In this document: positions 1 to 13,667 of the stretch, piece by piece
How positions within the stretch are numbered: the first letter of the stretch is position 1
How the letters are laid out: every line of letters starts with the position of its first letter
Source of the DNA: Lobosporangium transversale
Taxonomy: Eukaryota
DNA: 64,000 bases
Direction of reading: 5' to 3'
NCBI RefSeq assembly: GCF_002105155.1
Contig: NW_019028989.1
Coordinates: 806,001 to 870,000 of the forward strand
Notes under the pieces: model-generated
Database searches by the model: none
What the model was told of the DNA's origin: nothing
The model's input: the letters and a program-made list of their open reading frames with translations, nothing else
Made by a program: the position numbers and the translations under genes

Positions 1-282
1 GGTATGAATGCGAGAAGAGAAAGAAAAGAAAAAGAAAGGAAAAAAAAAAAAAAAGGAAAAAGGGCTTTTCTCTACTGTATATACTTCTGTTGGTTGGCTA
101 AAACAAAATAACCTGCATATACAAAACATGCAAAGGATTGGCTGTAGGCTGTGATAAGTTTGAATGAATGAATTAGAGCGATCTATGAACAGCCAATGTT
201 GATGTATAAACACGCATGGGATCAGTTATCTTCTGGAACATGTATTTCTTACCATCCGTTCAACTACAATGCTCCTTTCAAG

Positions 283-319
<37 letters not shown>

Positions 320-2412
320 CCCTCGCCTTGTGCTTTTGTTAAAGTCGATCGTGTAAAAATACGATAAACAGGTTTTTGTTCATGATGCGAGTATGTTTTA
401 AGCAATGCTTGTGTTTTATTATACCCAATCCCTTTGTCTATTCCCTCTACTCTTCTACTCTTCTACTCTTCTACTCTTCTCCATTGCTCCACTGGTCAGG
501 GTATGTCCCCGTCCAATTTCCGCGGAAGTGCTTCCAGAGATGGCAAAAGGAGGAGAGAGGGGAGAGAGAGATCAACAAGAATTCGGATCACAAACCGAAG
601 CTATCACACGCTCTTCAAAGATAGCCTATAATTGATTGGACAAGAGCAAATGACCATCAGACCACCAGATGTCGCTTTGGTCTTTCTTTTTTAATGCTTT
701 CGTTCATTGCCTGTTGCTTCGTCCTTTCATTACAACTATGATTTGCTTTGGGTTCGTAAAGCCCCATATATACTTTGTAGTACAAATGAACAGAAAGTTG
801 CCTCTTCTATAATCGAATCAACTGAATGAATGAAATGAAATACATTAGGTTTTGACCCGTACAACAGTAACCCGTGGGAAGCTCAGGGAGAGGTCCTTGC
901 CTTCTGATTTGATGATGGTAATGTCGGTATGTATTGACAAACATAATCATGCATCGCATCCAGTCACTCCTTGTCTTTCTCTCTCTGCATTGACCAGATT
1001 TTGACGCTTGACACGATGGGACACATGTGTACACATATTTATACAACCAATGCGTTCGCTCCAGTCATCATTGCTCAACACAGCCCTGTTCTTCTGAATT
1101 GTCTTTTTTTAAGATTTCGGACATGCTCCCGGTGTTTGTGTATCTATTCATTCTTTTTTTTAAAAAAAAAAAAACTATCCATCTTTGCTTACTATTCTCG
1201 ATTGTGATCAGTAACAGAAGTTTTTTAACTCTAAAGAAAAATAGAAAGAAAAGATTCCAATAATACATTATATAATATATACTTCTTCAAAGGTCCAGAA
1301 CATCTGTCCTCCTTCCATACAACAAAATAAGATCGCTTATGCTTAATCTGCTACTGAATCCTTTCACTTGGGAAAGAAGGCAATCAATCCACATGATCCA
1401 CATGGCAATAGTATTCAAGCCACAGCCGCCATTTAAGACGAGCAAAAAATAAAAGTACCCCATTATCATTGGTCCTACTTTATCTTTAAGTATATCTGGC
1501 ACCCGTTTTTATCAATGAGAGGAGTAGCGTCTTTTGGATATGGCGTGTCAGATAACCATAGAGTTAGCAGAGAAAGAAGTGTGCTCAGCTCGGCTTTTAC
1601 TGCCTTATCAGCATTTATGTACAAACGTGTACATGTGTGTAGTGTGTACTGAAAAAGTGATGCACTGGATCAGCCAATCAACGAATCGAGGAAAATGAAG
1701 GACTAACAGCTTTTTTTTTTTCCTCCTGGGAATCTGGGGGTTTAACTTTTTTAGGGATGTTTCTTCTGTCTGTTGCTTCTGACTTGCTTCTGTTTGTTCT
1801 ATACTTCTGTCTGTTATTGCTACAACCACAAGGGAAGGTTGATCAACTGAGCACTACTCACATGTATATACAAGTGGATGTATATCAGGGCTACAATGCA
1901 GTGCTCTTGTGCGATGTTTTAGCGTAATGCTGAAACATGATGAAGTATTGGGATTAATAGATTTGATCAGGAAGATACTCATAATCATAATAAAATGGTG
2001 CAAGGTGTAGCTGCAGTTGATGCAATTGTTCAATTACAAGAACTTTTTTTTTTTTTTTCCTCTTTCCTTTACTCATTCTCCACTTCTCTCCTTGTCTCAT
2101 GGGTCAATGAACAATTCGCAATTCCATTTGCCTTGTGTTTTTTCTCTCTCATTGACTCTCACCTCCTCTTTTTCTTCTTTACGCTCCCTTTCACATTTTT
2201 ATTCCATCTGTTTGAGTCCTGTATTTCTATTGTATTTCTATTCTATTGTTGTTTGACCTGTATCTCTATCCTCTTTCAGTACACGTTCATTCTTCTCTCC
2301 ACACCCTCTTGAGGGCTCAGCAATCTCTCTTTGATCTGATCTCGAAAGTGTCCAACATCATTCATTGACATTAGCATATCCCATATAACACAATCAAAAA
2401 CCAAAAACCAAG

Positions 2413-2443
<31 letters not shown>

Positions 2444-2450
2444 GAAAAGC

Positions 2451-3738
2451 ATGGCCCCTTCTTTTATACCAGAAGACAACATTCAATTGTCATCAGATGT
2501 ATCAGTGAAGGCCTTTACCTCATCCTTAGCCTTCAACTCTGGAATTGGTATCGCCATCTTTGTTGCTTTCTGTATTGTCAGGCACTGGAGCAAGAAAATC
2601 TATCAACCTCGAACATATCTTGTTAACAAAGAGTAAGGAAAATAATTTCATTACATATCCCTCCAAGCCAAGAAAGAATAGTTTCAACTTATTCCTCCGT
2701 ACGATCTGATCAGCTCTTTACAACTTTTGTGCTCAAAAAAAAAAAAAAAAAAAAAAAAAAAGAGAGAAAAGGGAGTTAAAGTTGTTCCTTTTGTGCTACT
2801 GCAGTTGAACGTCATGGATTACAAAAAAAAAAGAGCCCTTTACTATATCCTGTAGATGCTGATCCCCCATTTAAATATTCCGTACTCATGCTGTCTTATT
2901 CTTTTGCTTATTTAGTCTTCGGCCGCCTGAACTGCCGCCTGGTATCTTCACCTTTGTTACAGCCTCGTTCAAGGTCAAGGATACAGAACTGTTGGACAAA
3001 GTGGGTTTGGACGCCTATATGTTTCTGAGGTTTCTCCGCATGAGCGCGTAAGTAAAAGCTGCTGTTCTACTGTTCCAGTACAAGGTCAACTATGATGTAA
3101 AAAGAAAAAAAGGAAAAAGGAAAAAGGAAAAAAAAGAGCTTGTTACGCAAGAAGTAAAAAGATAATCCGAAAACAGGTCTAATACCCAGGATTGTCGATT
3201 GTCGCAGTCAGTAATGTTATGATGTCACTCGTGATGAATGTTGGAGATACAGATGTATATTGACAAGTCGAACAATCTCATGACTAGAGACAAAAAGGAT
3301 AATTATGTCCATTGGACAGCTAAATCGGGACATCTTGCATCTAGAGTGGAAAAAAAAACAACAACAACAGCAAGTGAATGTTGGAACTAACTTTGAAACA
3401 ATTGCTTAATCTCAACTAGGATGTTTTTTGCTGGATGCACCCTTCTATCTATTCCTATTCTCATCCCAATCAACATGAAAGGCGGTATCAACGGAAAAGG
3501 TCTTCAACTTTTTAATATCGGTAACGTCAACACGCAATGGCGTCTCTGGTTCCATCTGACCTTGACGTATATCTTTACTGGTAAGTTTATTTTATTTTAT
3601 TTTTATTTTTAATAAATAATTCTTGATCTGAAATATTAGAAGGCCACATATCTTTTGAAAAAGGAAAAAACTTAAAAAAAAATAGTCAAAGGGCATCCCT
3701 GTTCAAAACTAGTCTAGTTGGCCTAACTCATTACCTTT

Positions 3739-3769
<31 letters not shown>

Positions 3770-4099
3770 CTCATCCTGGGGTAGCTAGTGCAATTGGTTT
3801 GTTATGGCGAGAGATGCATGAGTACACTCGCCGTCGCCATGCCTTTCTTTTGAGTGAAAAGCATGGCAAGACACCCCAAGCGACCACTATTCTTGTCACT
3901 GCCATCCCCAAGGGACTCAATTCTGAGATAGCCCTTTACAACATTTTCAATCGATTCCCTGGTGGAGTGGCAAAAATCTGGATAAACAGGTAAGAAACAG
4001 TATTTTTTTTTTTTTTAATAATCGATGATTAGAATTTATTTTTTCATGGATCAATCCAAAACTATTATTGTTTATGTATAACATACTTTCTTAACGGCA

Positions 4100-4140
<41 letters not shown>

Positions 4141-4165
4141 CATAAAATAACAATCATTCTCACTG

Positions 4166-4197
<32 letters not shown>

Positions 4198-6710
4198 CCA
4201 AGAACTTGATGAACCTTTGCAAGGAACGGAATAATGTTGTTAAGGAACTGGAGATGGCAGAGTACAAATACATTCGGTCCGCTTACAAAAAACGATCCAA
4301 AAACGATCCACCAATCAAGGAGCCTCAGCGACCCATCGGAAAAACCTCCCGTATTCCCTGCAGGGGTGAAAGAGTGGACTTGGTGGAGTACAACATTGTG
4401 CGGTTGTGCCGACTTAACCAGCAAATCGAGGAGGCTCAGCGTACCGGATCACTAGAGTCGCTCAATTCGGCATTTATCCAATTTCGTAGCCAGTTTGCAG
4501 CGCACAGTGCTGTCCAAACAGTTGTCCACCCCAAACCGTTCATGATGGCACCTATATACGCAGAAATCTCTCCATTAAATGTTGTGTGGGACAATATGAG
4601 TCTGGATAGTTTGGCCAGGAAGGGACGCTACACCACGATCCTCGTCGCGTCCACTGCCATGATCTTGTTATGGACGATCCCCACCATCTTCATCTCTTCA
4701 CTTGCAACCATCTCGGATATCGTTTCAAAGGTTTCGTTCCTGGCCTTCCTGGAAAAACTCCCTACAGGGATACTGGGTATTATCCAGGGTATCTTGCCTC
4801 CATTGCTGCTTGCAGGACTGATGGCGTTACTTCCCGTTCTGTTGACTATGATGGCGACTTATGAGGGTCATGTCCGCTACAGTGATATTTCCCTCTCTGT
4901 CATGTCCAAATACTTTTTCTTTCTTGTGACTAATGTCTTGCTTATCTCTACTCTTTCTGGTGGGATCATCAAGACATGGGAAAAGCTCACGGAAGACAGC
5001 TTCAGATTCGACACCATCATCAGACGGTTTTCAGAGAACCTTCCTAATGCTTCCACCTTCTTTATCACCTACGTCCTACTTCGCGCTTTAACAGGACCAG
5101 CGCTGGAACTTTTGCAGATCATACCCCTGTTGCTCAACTTATTCTTCACTCGTATATTGGCCAAGAGTCCTCGCCAGATCTGGAGTGTCCAAGGCCGCTT
5201 GGAATCGGTCAACTATGGCATTCTCTTCCCACCCCAAACGCTCATGTTCTGTATCGGCATCGTATACGCTACCATGGCACCTCTAATCCTGCCTTTTGTG
5301 ACTTTATATTTCACATTGCATTACTTTGTTTTCCGTCATCAGTTCCTTTACGTCTACCTCCAACCTTTCGAAACTGGTGGTCTAGCCTTCCCTAAAGCGG
5401 TCAAGCAAGTGTTTACGGGGATTTTTATTTCACAAATTACGCTATTTGGTATCTTTTTGATGAAACAAGCCGATGCCAATTTCGGGCCGGCTGTTCCACA
5501 GTTGGTCCTACTGGGGATTTTATTTGTCTGCACAGCGTTGGCGCTTAGTAATATGAACGAGGCATTTAATCCGCTGGTGGAATTCTTACCTGTAGCGTTA
5601 TTTTCGGATGACCTTCATGTGGATCAGGATGGAGTTGTAACGGATAGTACTGAGAGAGCAACCAAGGCATCTCGACATCTCCACGATGAGGAGGCTGTTA
5701 GACCCAATGATGACAATAATGGGGCAATCATGCGTCTGGATAATCTTTCGAGAGACAACCTTACTTCAGAACGATTTCCTCTCCCTGAAGACAATGCTCA
5801 GCCTCGAATCCAGACGAATAAACAGGAACAGGATGATAACAATGAGCTTGAAGACGGCTACTCTATGAGACCAGTTATACATGAAGATACAATGCTTGAC
5901 TATTCAACACAATCTTTCAGACATCGTCATCCATACACGAATCATTTAACAACGCTTTCTACCGATCATGAGCGGCGACGTTCGCTGTACAAGTCAATGA
6001 GTGCACCTGACGATGGATTCAAGCACTCTTTGCATCCGTCCAGTCCTGAGACGTCCAAGCTTTCGTTGTCTCAATCAGCACATCAGTTATCACCACAGCT
6101 GAAATACATGCCTATGCCGATGCCAACGCAACAGGAGGATTCGAAGAGACCAAGTTTACGATCTCATTACTTCAATGACGGCAGCCCAAGGTCACTGGCC
6201 CGACCAATGTCGTTCCTAGATCGACCTCCATCCTTTATGATGCACCGTAGGAGGCAGGGATCTTTTGTCGATAGACCTGGATCCATTTGGGTCGATGGTT
6301 CATCACCACCATCACAATCACGATACCGCTTCCCACCTCAAGAGCAACAATACCAACAACAACAATGCCAAGAACAACAACAGCGCCAAGAACAACAACA
6401 GCAACAGCAACAACAACAGCAATCAGTGGATGGTGTGCCTATAGCTCGCGGTCCAGAAGATATTGAGTTGGAACGCCTACAAGATCAAGCCTACTGTCAT
6501 CCTGCCATTTACAACGTACAAAAGCCAGTATGGTTACCCATGGATCAGAGAGGGATTGTACAGGGAGAAATTGACAGATTGACGAGTCTGGGGATCGTTG
6601 TTGCGACGGATGGCGCTATACTAAACGGAGCCACTGCTAAAGCACAAGTTGGAGGAATCATTTATGCACCAGGCGAAGAGATTCAGTATCGATTAGAGCG
6701 CGGTGAATAA
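2451..6710 (+). CDS. CSC1/OSCA (RSN1/PHM7, DUF221) calcium-permeable stress-gated channel; exons 2451-2632, 2916-3047, 3420-3580, 3785-3989, 4193-6710
   Basis: Family motifs IYQPRTY, GLDAYMFLRFL, TILVTAIPK, SAFIQF, P..VVWDNM, YQFLYVY-like and ETGG; multiple TM segments; four GT-AG introns keep the frame; polyQ C-terminal tail. Confidence 0.93.
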
Positions 6711-7280
6711 ATGAATAAAAGAAAGAAAGAAAAATCTTGGTTTTTTCAACTGAATTTGTAATTTTTTTTTTTTTTTTTTTTTTTTTTCACCATTTTCAAA
6801 TAAAAACAAAGCGTGGCTGTGTGCTGAAAGAAGTAAGCAACAATGATGATAATTAATTTTTATTTATTAAGCAACAATATGTTGAATACTTTTCGGTTTT
6901 CTTTTGTACAATCAAATAGACACAGAGTACATGTACATGATATTAGGAGGGGGAGGGGTATACATTCACCCAGTGAGTGACTTTTTCCAAGATCGTTGGA
7001 ATGAATAAATGTACATTGTACATAGTCCAACCGAACTGAAAAAAGTCAAGTATAAGATATACATGTGAAAAGTGTTACATGTATTGGTTGTTATACAAAT
7101 GAAGAAGACAGAAAAAAAAAATAAAAAAAAAAAAAAAAAAATTACAAACACTAGAACTACAGATACGTGTGAAGTCAAAGACCAATCAGGCAATATGCCA
7201 GAAAGAAAGGGAGAAAGGAAAAAAGGAAAAAGAGAAAGAAAAAGAAGAGATAATAAGAAGAAAAAAAAAAAAAAGATTTC

Positions 7281-9473
7281 TCATAGACGTCGCGATTGAG
7301 ATGTGAGAGGAGAGTTCAAGAGTCGCCGTTCTCTGAAATCATAACGATCCTTAAGTCGAGCTTGTCGATCTGCAGCTCGATGACTCGGACTTGGTGGAAG
7401 CTGTGCTTCTTCCTCCTCCTCTTGCCCCCCATCATGTTGGTCCGGCGTTGGATCGGATTCTGGGCAACCCCCACTGAGGGACTCACGGTGGATCCGAGCT
7501 CTTTTTGAAGATGGACCACTAAGCTGACGTTCTGTCAACTTACCCTTGCCTTTGTAAGGAACGGGCGCAGATGCAACGCTAAAGCTGTCTGATAGAGGAA
7601 AGGCATGACTGGCACTGGCACTGCTTCCTTCACCAAAATTTGTGGGTGAATTTGGCGATTCTGGGTCCTGATAGACCTCAAACTTCCACTCTCCTGGCCA
7701 TTGCTGCCTGTCCTGTTCACTAAGCAGTTGAGTGCTTCCGTGCTTCCAATAAGAAATCCGTCCTGCTAATCGTTGTGCACGCCGGTTAAATGCCACCGAG
7801 TTGGGTTGAATCACCGTCTCAGTCACTTTTGCAACAAAGGCTGCTGAAGGTCCACTCCTGCGCTCTGCAGATTCCATAGAGTTAGGATGGTCAGCTGGGA
7901 GCTTTTTAGATTCAGTTGCAGTCGTAGAAGAGTTGGGCGCTGTATTCGTGCTCCTGCCAGGGAGTAAAGGCCCAAATAATGTTGATGATGAAGGTATGGA
8001 GCTAGAGGCGACGGTTTCTCGGTTTTTAGCATTAGAAGATGATGAGCCGGGTCCAGAAGATGATGAAGCACCGGATAGATCGTTGGGAATCATGACAGAG
8101 GCACCACCTTTTTGCTGCGATATAGACTCTACCCATTCAGACATTCCTTTACAACCTGCGACATCTCCAAGTCCCTTGGATCCTTTGACTTGAAGTAAAG
8201 ATGCAAGGACCGCTGGGTCCGCAAACGTATTCCATCGCCATGGTGAGATGGACCCCAAGGCAAGTCGTTTGGAACGAGTAATTGTCCCTGAACTTGCTGT
8301 TAAAGGTCCAGTAGGTGTCGTGCACCCATCCGTTTTGGAATATGAGGAGCGTGTTTGGCGTCGAGAAGGCCCAACATAAAAGGGGTTTGTAGAATCATCG
8401 GACATCTTTGGTGTAATGTTTTCCTTCTCCAAGTCAACAGAGCCTTGGATAGACTCGGTTTCAACTGGTTCCTCCTCTGTGAAATCTAGACCAATATGGG
8501 ATATAGTGCCGTCATCCTGCCAGAAGGTAATAGCGGCATCAGAGTTGGCACTGACACAGTCTTCGAATTCAGGTGCTACAGCAGATGTAGCTGCGCTAGT
8601 GCTCGTTGAAGAGCTAGCCGCTGTTATCGCTCCTGCAGTGGATGGACTAGCATTGGCTTGACCTTGCAGGCGACGTGGTGTTCGGATGGCTCGTGGTGAC
8701 TGTGTCAAAAATAAATTGTTGGCCTCATCGGTCATAAACTGATTTTGCTGCGAACGTGTCTGGCTCCGAGGTGGACTGAGCAAGGTCGAGCGCTGTGAAT
8801 TAGGTGGTGTTGCCAATTTATTCTTGAAGGATGATCGAGCCTTGACAGGCGTAGTCTGAATCTTATTCGAGCCACCATTTGATGATGGTAGTAGCTGTAA
8901 TGGCGATGATTGTTGTTGAGTGGATGTCCGAGCAGCGTACCCGTGGGCAGACTCTGAGACAGCTGAGATGGCATCCTCATCTCTGAGATTACTGTTGCTC
9001 TTGACGGGGGTTGTTTTGCGCGGAGACAACAAAGTACGGGGAGACTGACGTATCTGCTCGAAGGGCAGACTAAGGCTCATGTGTTCAATTCCTTGATCTG
9101 ATAGCTTAGCAGAAGGTGTTGATAAATCACGCGCGCCGACACCGCTATCTCTACGGCTACTACTACTGCTACCATTATTAGGGCCAATAATATGGTGTAA
9201 AGCCAAGGTATGCATGTCCAAGGATAACATTTCAGACGGTGTTGGGTTGGCGTTAGGTAGGCTTGCCAGTCTATGTGTGTCGGTAAAGTCGGCGTCGATA
9301 TCGATGTCATCATCATGGCTACGCTTTAACGCTGTCCGTGTGGATAACGTTGGTGAAAGCAAACGGGAACGATGGAGATGTGGCGAGCGAGGTGTACGAG
9401 GTGTGAGTGGTGTTTCTGGTACTTCTTTGCTGGCTCTATAGGCCGTGATTGAGTTGGCGCGCTGACGTACCAT
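7281..9473 (-). CDS. Disordered Ser/Thr/Pro-rich protein (~730 aa) with KEN box, D-box-like and ABBA-like motifs
   Basis: Single long ORF; likely start is the ATG at 9473 (MVRQRANS). Contains KENITP, RLALGSI, FEVYQD and many SP/TP sites. Confidence 0.8.
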   Translation of the reverse strand: MVRQRANSITAYRASKEVPETPLTPRTPRSPHLHRSRLLSPTLSTRTALKRSHDDDIDIDADFTDTHRLASLPNANPTPSEMLSLDMHTLALHHIIGPNNGSSSSSRRDSGVGARDLSTPSAKLSDQGIEHMSLSLPFEQIRQSPRTLLSPRKTTPVKSNSNLRDEDAISAVSESAHGYAARTSTQQQSSPLQLLPSSNGGSNKIQTTPVKARSSFKNKLATPPNSQRSTLLSPPRSQTRSQQNQFMTDEANNLFLTQSPRAIRTPRRLQGQANASPSTAGAITAASSSTSTSAATSAVAPEFEDCVSANSDAAITFWQDDGTISHIGLDFTEEEPVETESIQGSVDLEKENITPKMSDDSTNPFYVGPSRRQTRSSYSKTDGCTTPTGPLTASSGTITRSKRLALGSISPWRWNTFADPAVLASLLQVKGSKGLGDVAGCKGMSEWVESISQQKGGASVMIPNDLSGASSSSGPGSSSSNAKNRETVASSSIPSSSTLFGPLLPGRSTNTAPNSSTTATESKKLPADHPNSMESAERRSGPSAAFVAKVTETVIQPNSVAFNRRAQRLAGRISYWKHGSTQLLSEQDRQQWPGEWKFEVYQDPESPNSPTNFGEGSSASASHAFPLSDSFSVASAPVPYKGKGKLTERQLSGPSSKRARIHRESLSGGCPESDPTPDQHDGGQEEEEEAQLPPSPSHRAADRQARLKDRYDFRERRLLNSPLTSQSRRL

Positions 9474-11231
9474 GACAAGGGAAGGTGTTACAGATAGAAA
9501 CGTAGAAATAGGATATCGAAATAGAGCAGTGTATAAGGAGCTGTGTGGTTGTTTTGTGTTGACTGGATTGAAAGATATTAGGTGTGCTGTGGTCCAAAAG
9601 GGTGCTGCAACAAATAAAAAGGTAAGAGGCTCCAACAAGTAAATGAGGCGATACAACTCGGACTTTGCCAAGTTTATATGTTGGGGTTCTAAATTCAGCA
9701 AATAAACAGTTCACAGTTAGCAGCACAATATATCAGTCGTATCTGTGGATGAGAGCTAAAGTTGTTGAGAGGGAGATGCATGCCCCCATGGGGTAAATGA
9801 TGCTCTTTTGTGATGTCACACTTTTTTTTTCTTGTCACAGGACTTTGTGTCAAATGAACTCACCTCTAAAGTCAGATGTAGTTCACTGACTTGTCTTTTC
9901 TCCTTTTTTTGTATTTTTTTTTTTTATTTTTTAATTTTTTCAGGGACAAAATCGGTTATGTTTCTGCCTTCATGTGAATGAGGCGATCGTGGTGACAGAA
10001 CGACAATGATGAAGGGATGTTTGATCAACAAGATTAAGATGAGCGGGATGATGGAGCCCTTACTTTTTTCGTCTCTGCCGCGTCAATTTTGGCCAAGGAC
10101 ATCGCACGTGATGTTTACATGCCTGTAATTCGACATTAAGAAATACTCCAGAGTTCCCTTCCTTAGTAGAATATATCTGCATAATGATTTGCTAGTGTGA
10201 ATTAAGGTAGATGGGAAATAGACAGAGGGTCAAGCTTGTCGCTCTTTTTGGTTAGTCCTTTTCAATTATAAGAGTTTTGTTAAGTAAACCATTTATATTT
10301 GAAAAGGGGCTAATCCAAAAAGAGCGACAAGGGGAAATAGAGACATAATAGTCACATGATTTGTAAGGACGCGGAGCAGTTTGGTCATATCATAAAGCAT
10401 ACGAGTCCCTTTACTAAGACTATTCCACAGAAATGTAGCCCTCTCTTGACTCCATACCGGCCGAAACTCCTGAAAGATATTTTTACAAGGATTGGGCGTG
10501 CTGAGTCGTTTTGAAGTGAACCACGACCTGAGTGACACTTTTCGTGAAATAATGTAAAGCTTTGATGGCAAGGCTGCATGATATCGCAAAAAAAAAAAAA
10601 AAGAGGCGGAAAAGCCTAAAGAACGAGAAAAAAAAAGTAGAGAAGGGTCTGAAAAGACGACTCTAATCCTAGAGTTTTAACTGTATATAAACTCGTCCAC
10701 AAATAATATCGGCTTACGAAAACATTCTACTCCCATAATTAATAAAAGACAATGCAACGATATTTATGCAAAGAGTAAAGCAGATATTGTAAATACAACA
10801 TTAATGGGCATTCAGTATATAAACTAGATGGGCTTTAAGTGAGCGTTGCTAAACAATGATGAAAGTGCGAATACTTACCACCACATATCATAGTCCAAGC
10901 TTCCTAATTCAGTTCAGTCATGCTTCCCATGGTTACAACAATCGTGAATATCATGAGCAGGGCTTTACGAAAGAGAAAGTTACAAATAGGAAGACAGGTT
11001 GGTCGATAGACTTCTTTCTATAGATATTGTCATCCTTCTTTCGTTTTAAAAAAACAGCAGACTTCAACATTTGCGATTTAGCACCCATTTTATGTGCTTT
11101 CATTTCACACCAGCAATCGTTTTCTTTATATGATATGTCATAGCTATCCTTTATAGACTAATAGGTTTGCATGGTTTCCGATTGTTTTTATTGCTAGTTC
11201 AGTGTGTTACTGAGGATGGAGCATTCCTCAA

Positions 11232-12591
11232 TTAGACCTTCTGCTTCTTGGACGAGTCATCTGCGGCCTGTAAATAATATACAAAGTACCAAAAAAAAAA
11301 AAAAAAAAAAAAAAAAAGTCAAGAATAAATAACATTAAAAACAAATATTATATCTACGCCAATCATGCCAATCAAGTTAGAAAGACTCCGATCTACTGTG
11401 TCCAACTTACTGGTGTAAGACCAAACTTCAATGCACGCTTGCGCTTCTTTTCCTCTTCGGCAGCATCCACGCCAGCGATCACTTTCTTGCCTGTTGCAGA
11501 GGCACTGGGAGAAGCCTGGATTCCAAAACGCTCCCGCCGTTTGTTCAACACATCCTCGGGAATCTACGCAATGACATTTTTTTAAGCAATGAATATATTA
11601 AAAAATGAGATTATGAACCATAAACGCGTTTTTCTTTCTTCTTATGACTCATTATATTAAAATGTACGAGTGCACAAGATATGACATATTGATTGTTGAA
11701 AAAATGAATAAAGTCCTTGAGCAGGCTTTCCTCACCTGAACAGAAACAGCTCCTGGTTTGTTAGGGAGCCCTTTTGAGCCAGGTGTCGCAGCTTTGGTGG
11801 AAGTACCAGCGGCTTTGGCCAATGAAGCGGTGGCTGCGGCTGTAACGGGTACACCAAAACGGGCAGCTCTCTCAATAGCTTTATCCTGCTCTGTCAATGG
11901 GATGCCGAAGCGAGCTGCCCTGTTCTTGCGTTTCTCCCATTCTGCTTTCAAAGCCTCTTTGTCACCAACATTGCCCTGAAATTCGACTGATTCAGTGGTC
12001 GATGGTTTTGAGGCTGAATTAGTGGATGATGGTGCTGGTGTAGTAGCAGCCTTTGTGTTGGCTGAAGTTGATTTATTTGATTCGCTGCTGGGTGAAGCAG
12101 CAGGTTTCGTTGAGGGCGCAGGCGCTACAGCTGCTGTGTTTGTTGAGGGCGCTGCTTTGGTTGAGGATACTGGATCTGCGGGAGGAGCCAGATCACTAAA
12201 TGATACGGATCAGAGAGAGAGAAAAAAAAAAAAAAAAACGATTAATTTGTTGAGCAAGCAACCTATTCTGATATAAGTTCCAGATTGGCGTACAATACGC
12301 TGTATTGGAAGGATTCAGCAGGATTGCCTAAATATTTTTGTGGTTGCAAGATCTTTCAAGTTGATTGACTGCCATGTAAATCTAAACATACTCAACATCA
12401 AACTTGTTTTCATCCCATTCAAAGCTTTCTCCTGATCCTGTAGGTGGGCCTACTGCTGAAACAACGTCCTCGTCAGCCTTTTGATGCTCTAGAAGACGAG
12501 CCACGAGTTCTTCTTTCTTTCCGTTGACGGATAAACCAGCAAGCTGGAGTTGTTCCTTCAGCTCATTAACTTTGAGTTTGCGGGGATCCAT
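11232..12591 (-). CDS. THO1: SAP-domain ribonucleoprotein (THO1/SARNP-like); exons 12591-12392, 12195-11736, 11563-11411, 11267-11232
   Basis: N-terminal SAP motif (LKVNELKEQL..GLSVNGKKEELVARL) and repeated R(A/R)xRFG motifs; GT-AG introns join in frame. Confidence 0.88.
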
Positions 12592-13379
12592 TTAATAAAA
12601 AATTGGGTTCTTCCTTGATGTACTGTTGCACTATGATGTGCTTTCGAATATGAGCTGATGCAATGTGAAATGTGAGTCAAATATTGTAAATGAACGACTA
12701 CGGAAAAAAGCAATAAGTGAAATATAAGAAAATTAATTGTGGATCAAGTCTGGATGATCAATCTACTTTGTCTGTAACAGGCATTACACGTCCAAATTTA
12801 GTGGCGCAGCTCTTTGATCTTTTTTGGTGTGCCTCTTTGATCCAACATGAAAACCATGTGCTTCTCTAGAAAATGGCATGTAGAGAAGAAATGGCCTGAA
12901 AGCATTCGGTCGGCTAAAGAAGACTGGTTCCGACATTCCTACCGGCTTTTTGCTGTACTCCACGTCCAACTTTTGTCCAAGAGACGCCTTGGTATCATAT
13001 TGGATAAGTAGCAGGCAATTTTCGAATTTTTTTTTTTTTTTTTTTTTTGCTCATACTTTCAAGCAATTGAGCTAATTCAGAAATGTTCAATAGTTGAATA
13101 TGCATGTTGCGATGGATTTGTCGGAATGGAGGCACTCATTCAGTGACTTTGGGATAAAAAAACATTGAACAAGACTGAAGATGCTATTGAGTGTACATGT
13201 TTCAATCTGGTGGCGCACCTGCCAAGGCAAGACTCGAGCTCAAGAGCAAGAACAATAAAAGCTCTGTCTTCTCATTATGAAAGATATAACCATGGTAGTC
13301 CCAGAAAGGTTTATTTTGATTCCCAAGATGAACGATATGGTGTTGATGAGTAGTTGTGATAATATAATGAGTAAATAAT

Positions 13380-13667
13380 AAAAAGGCACCAGACTCTTCG
13401 CCTGTCTGCCGCGAAGCAGACAGCCCAAGGCGCACCACGTGGAGGTGGGCTAGTTGCGCGCCCCCTGGCCCAGGAACCTAGGGCAGTCTATCAACACGCA
13501 CCATCGTCGGGTCCAACCCGCCATTCTCAGCCCGCAGCGTCCTGCAGGCCGACGATGGAACTCGTTGGACAAAGGGTAGCACTCTCTACCGTGCTAACAC
13601 ACCGCTTTAGAGACCGTTAGAGAGGGGAAAGAGAGGTCTTTCTATACGTTATCAGGACCTAGTGGCT
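13380..13667 (-). ncRNA. Unassigned structured element, copy A (GC-rich, multi-hairpin, ends in T5 on minus strand)
   Basis: Perfect stems CCATCGTCGG/CCGACGATGG (13501-13510/13549-13558) and CTGTCTGC/GCAGACAG (13402-13409/13416-13423); possible pseudoknot GTCCAAC/GTTGGAC; shares several blocks with 25881-26058. Strand inferred from G-U pairs. Confidence 0.45.

Noticed and set aside
1..2450. Short ORFs and (TACTCTTC)n repeat upstream of the CSC1 gene
   Set aside because: Low-complexity intergenic sequence with no coding signal.
12826..12990. Possible fourth copy of the structured element (CTTTGATCCAAC, CTAGAAA, CTAAAG, TTTGTCCAA)
   Set aside because: Matches are too short and degenerate to support by eye; worth including in a covariance-model search.
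13165..13353. Short ORF ending YGVDE, resembling a RuvC-II motif
   Set aside because: No other Fanzor motif nearby.
13563..13647. Hammerhead ribozyme (GAAA...UC three-way junction on the minus strand)
   Set aside because: No CUGANGA core at the required position; copy B does not keep the register.
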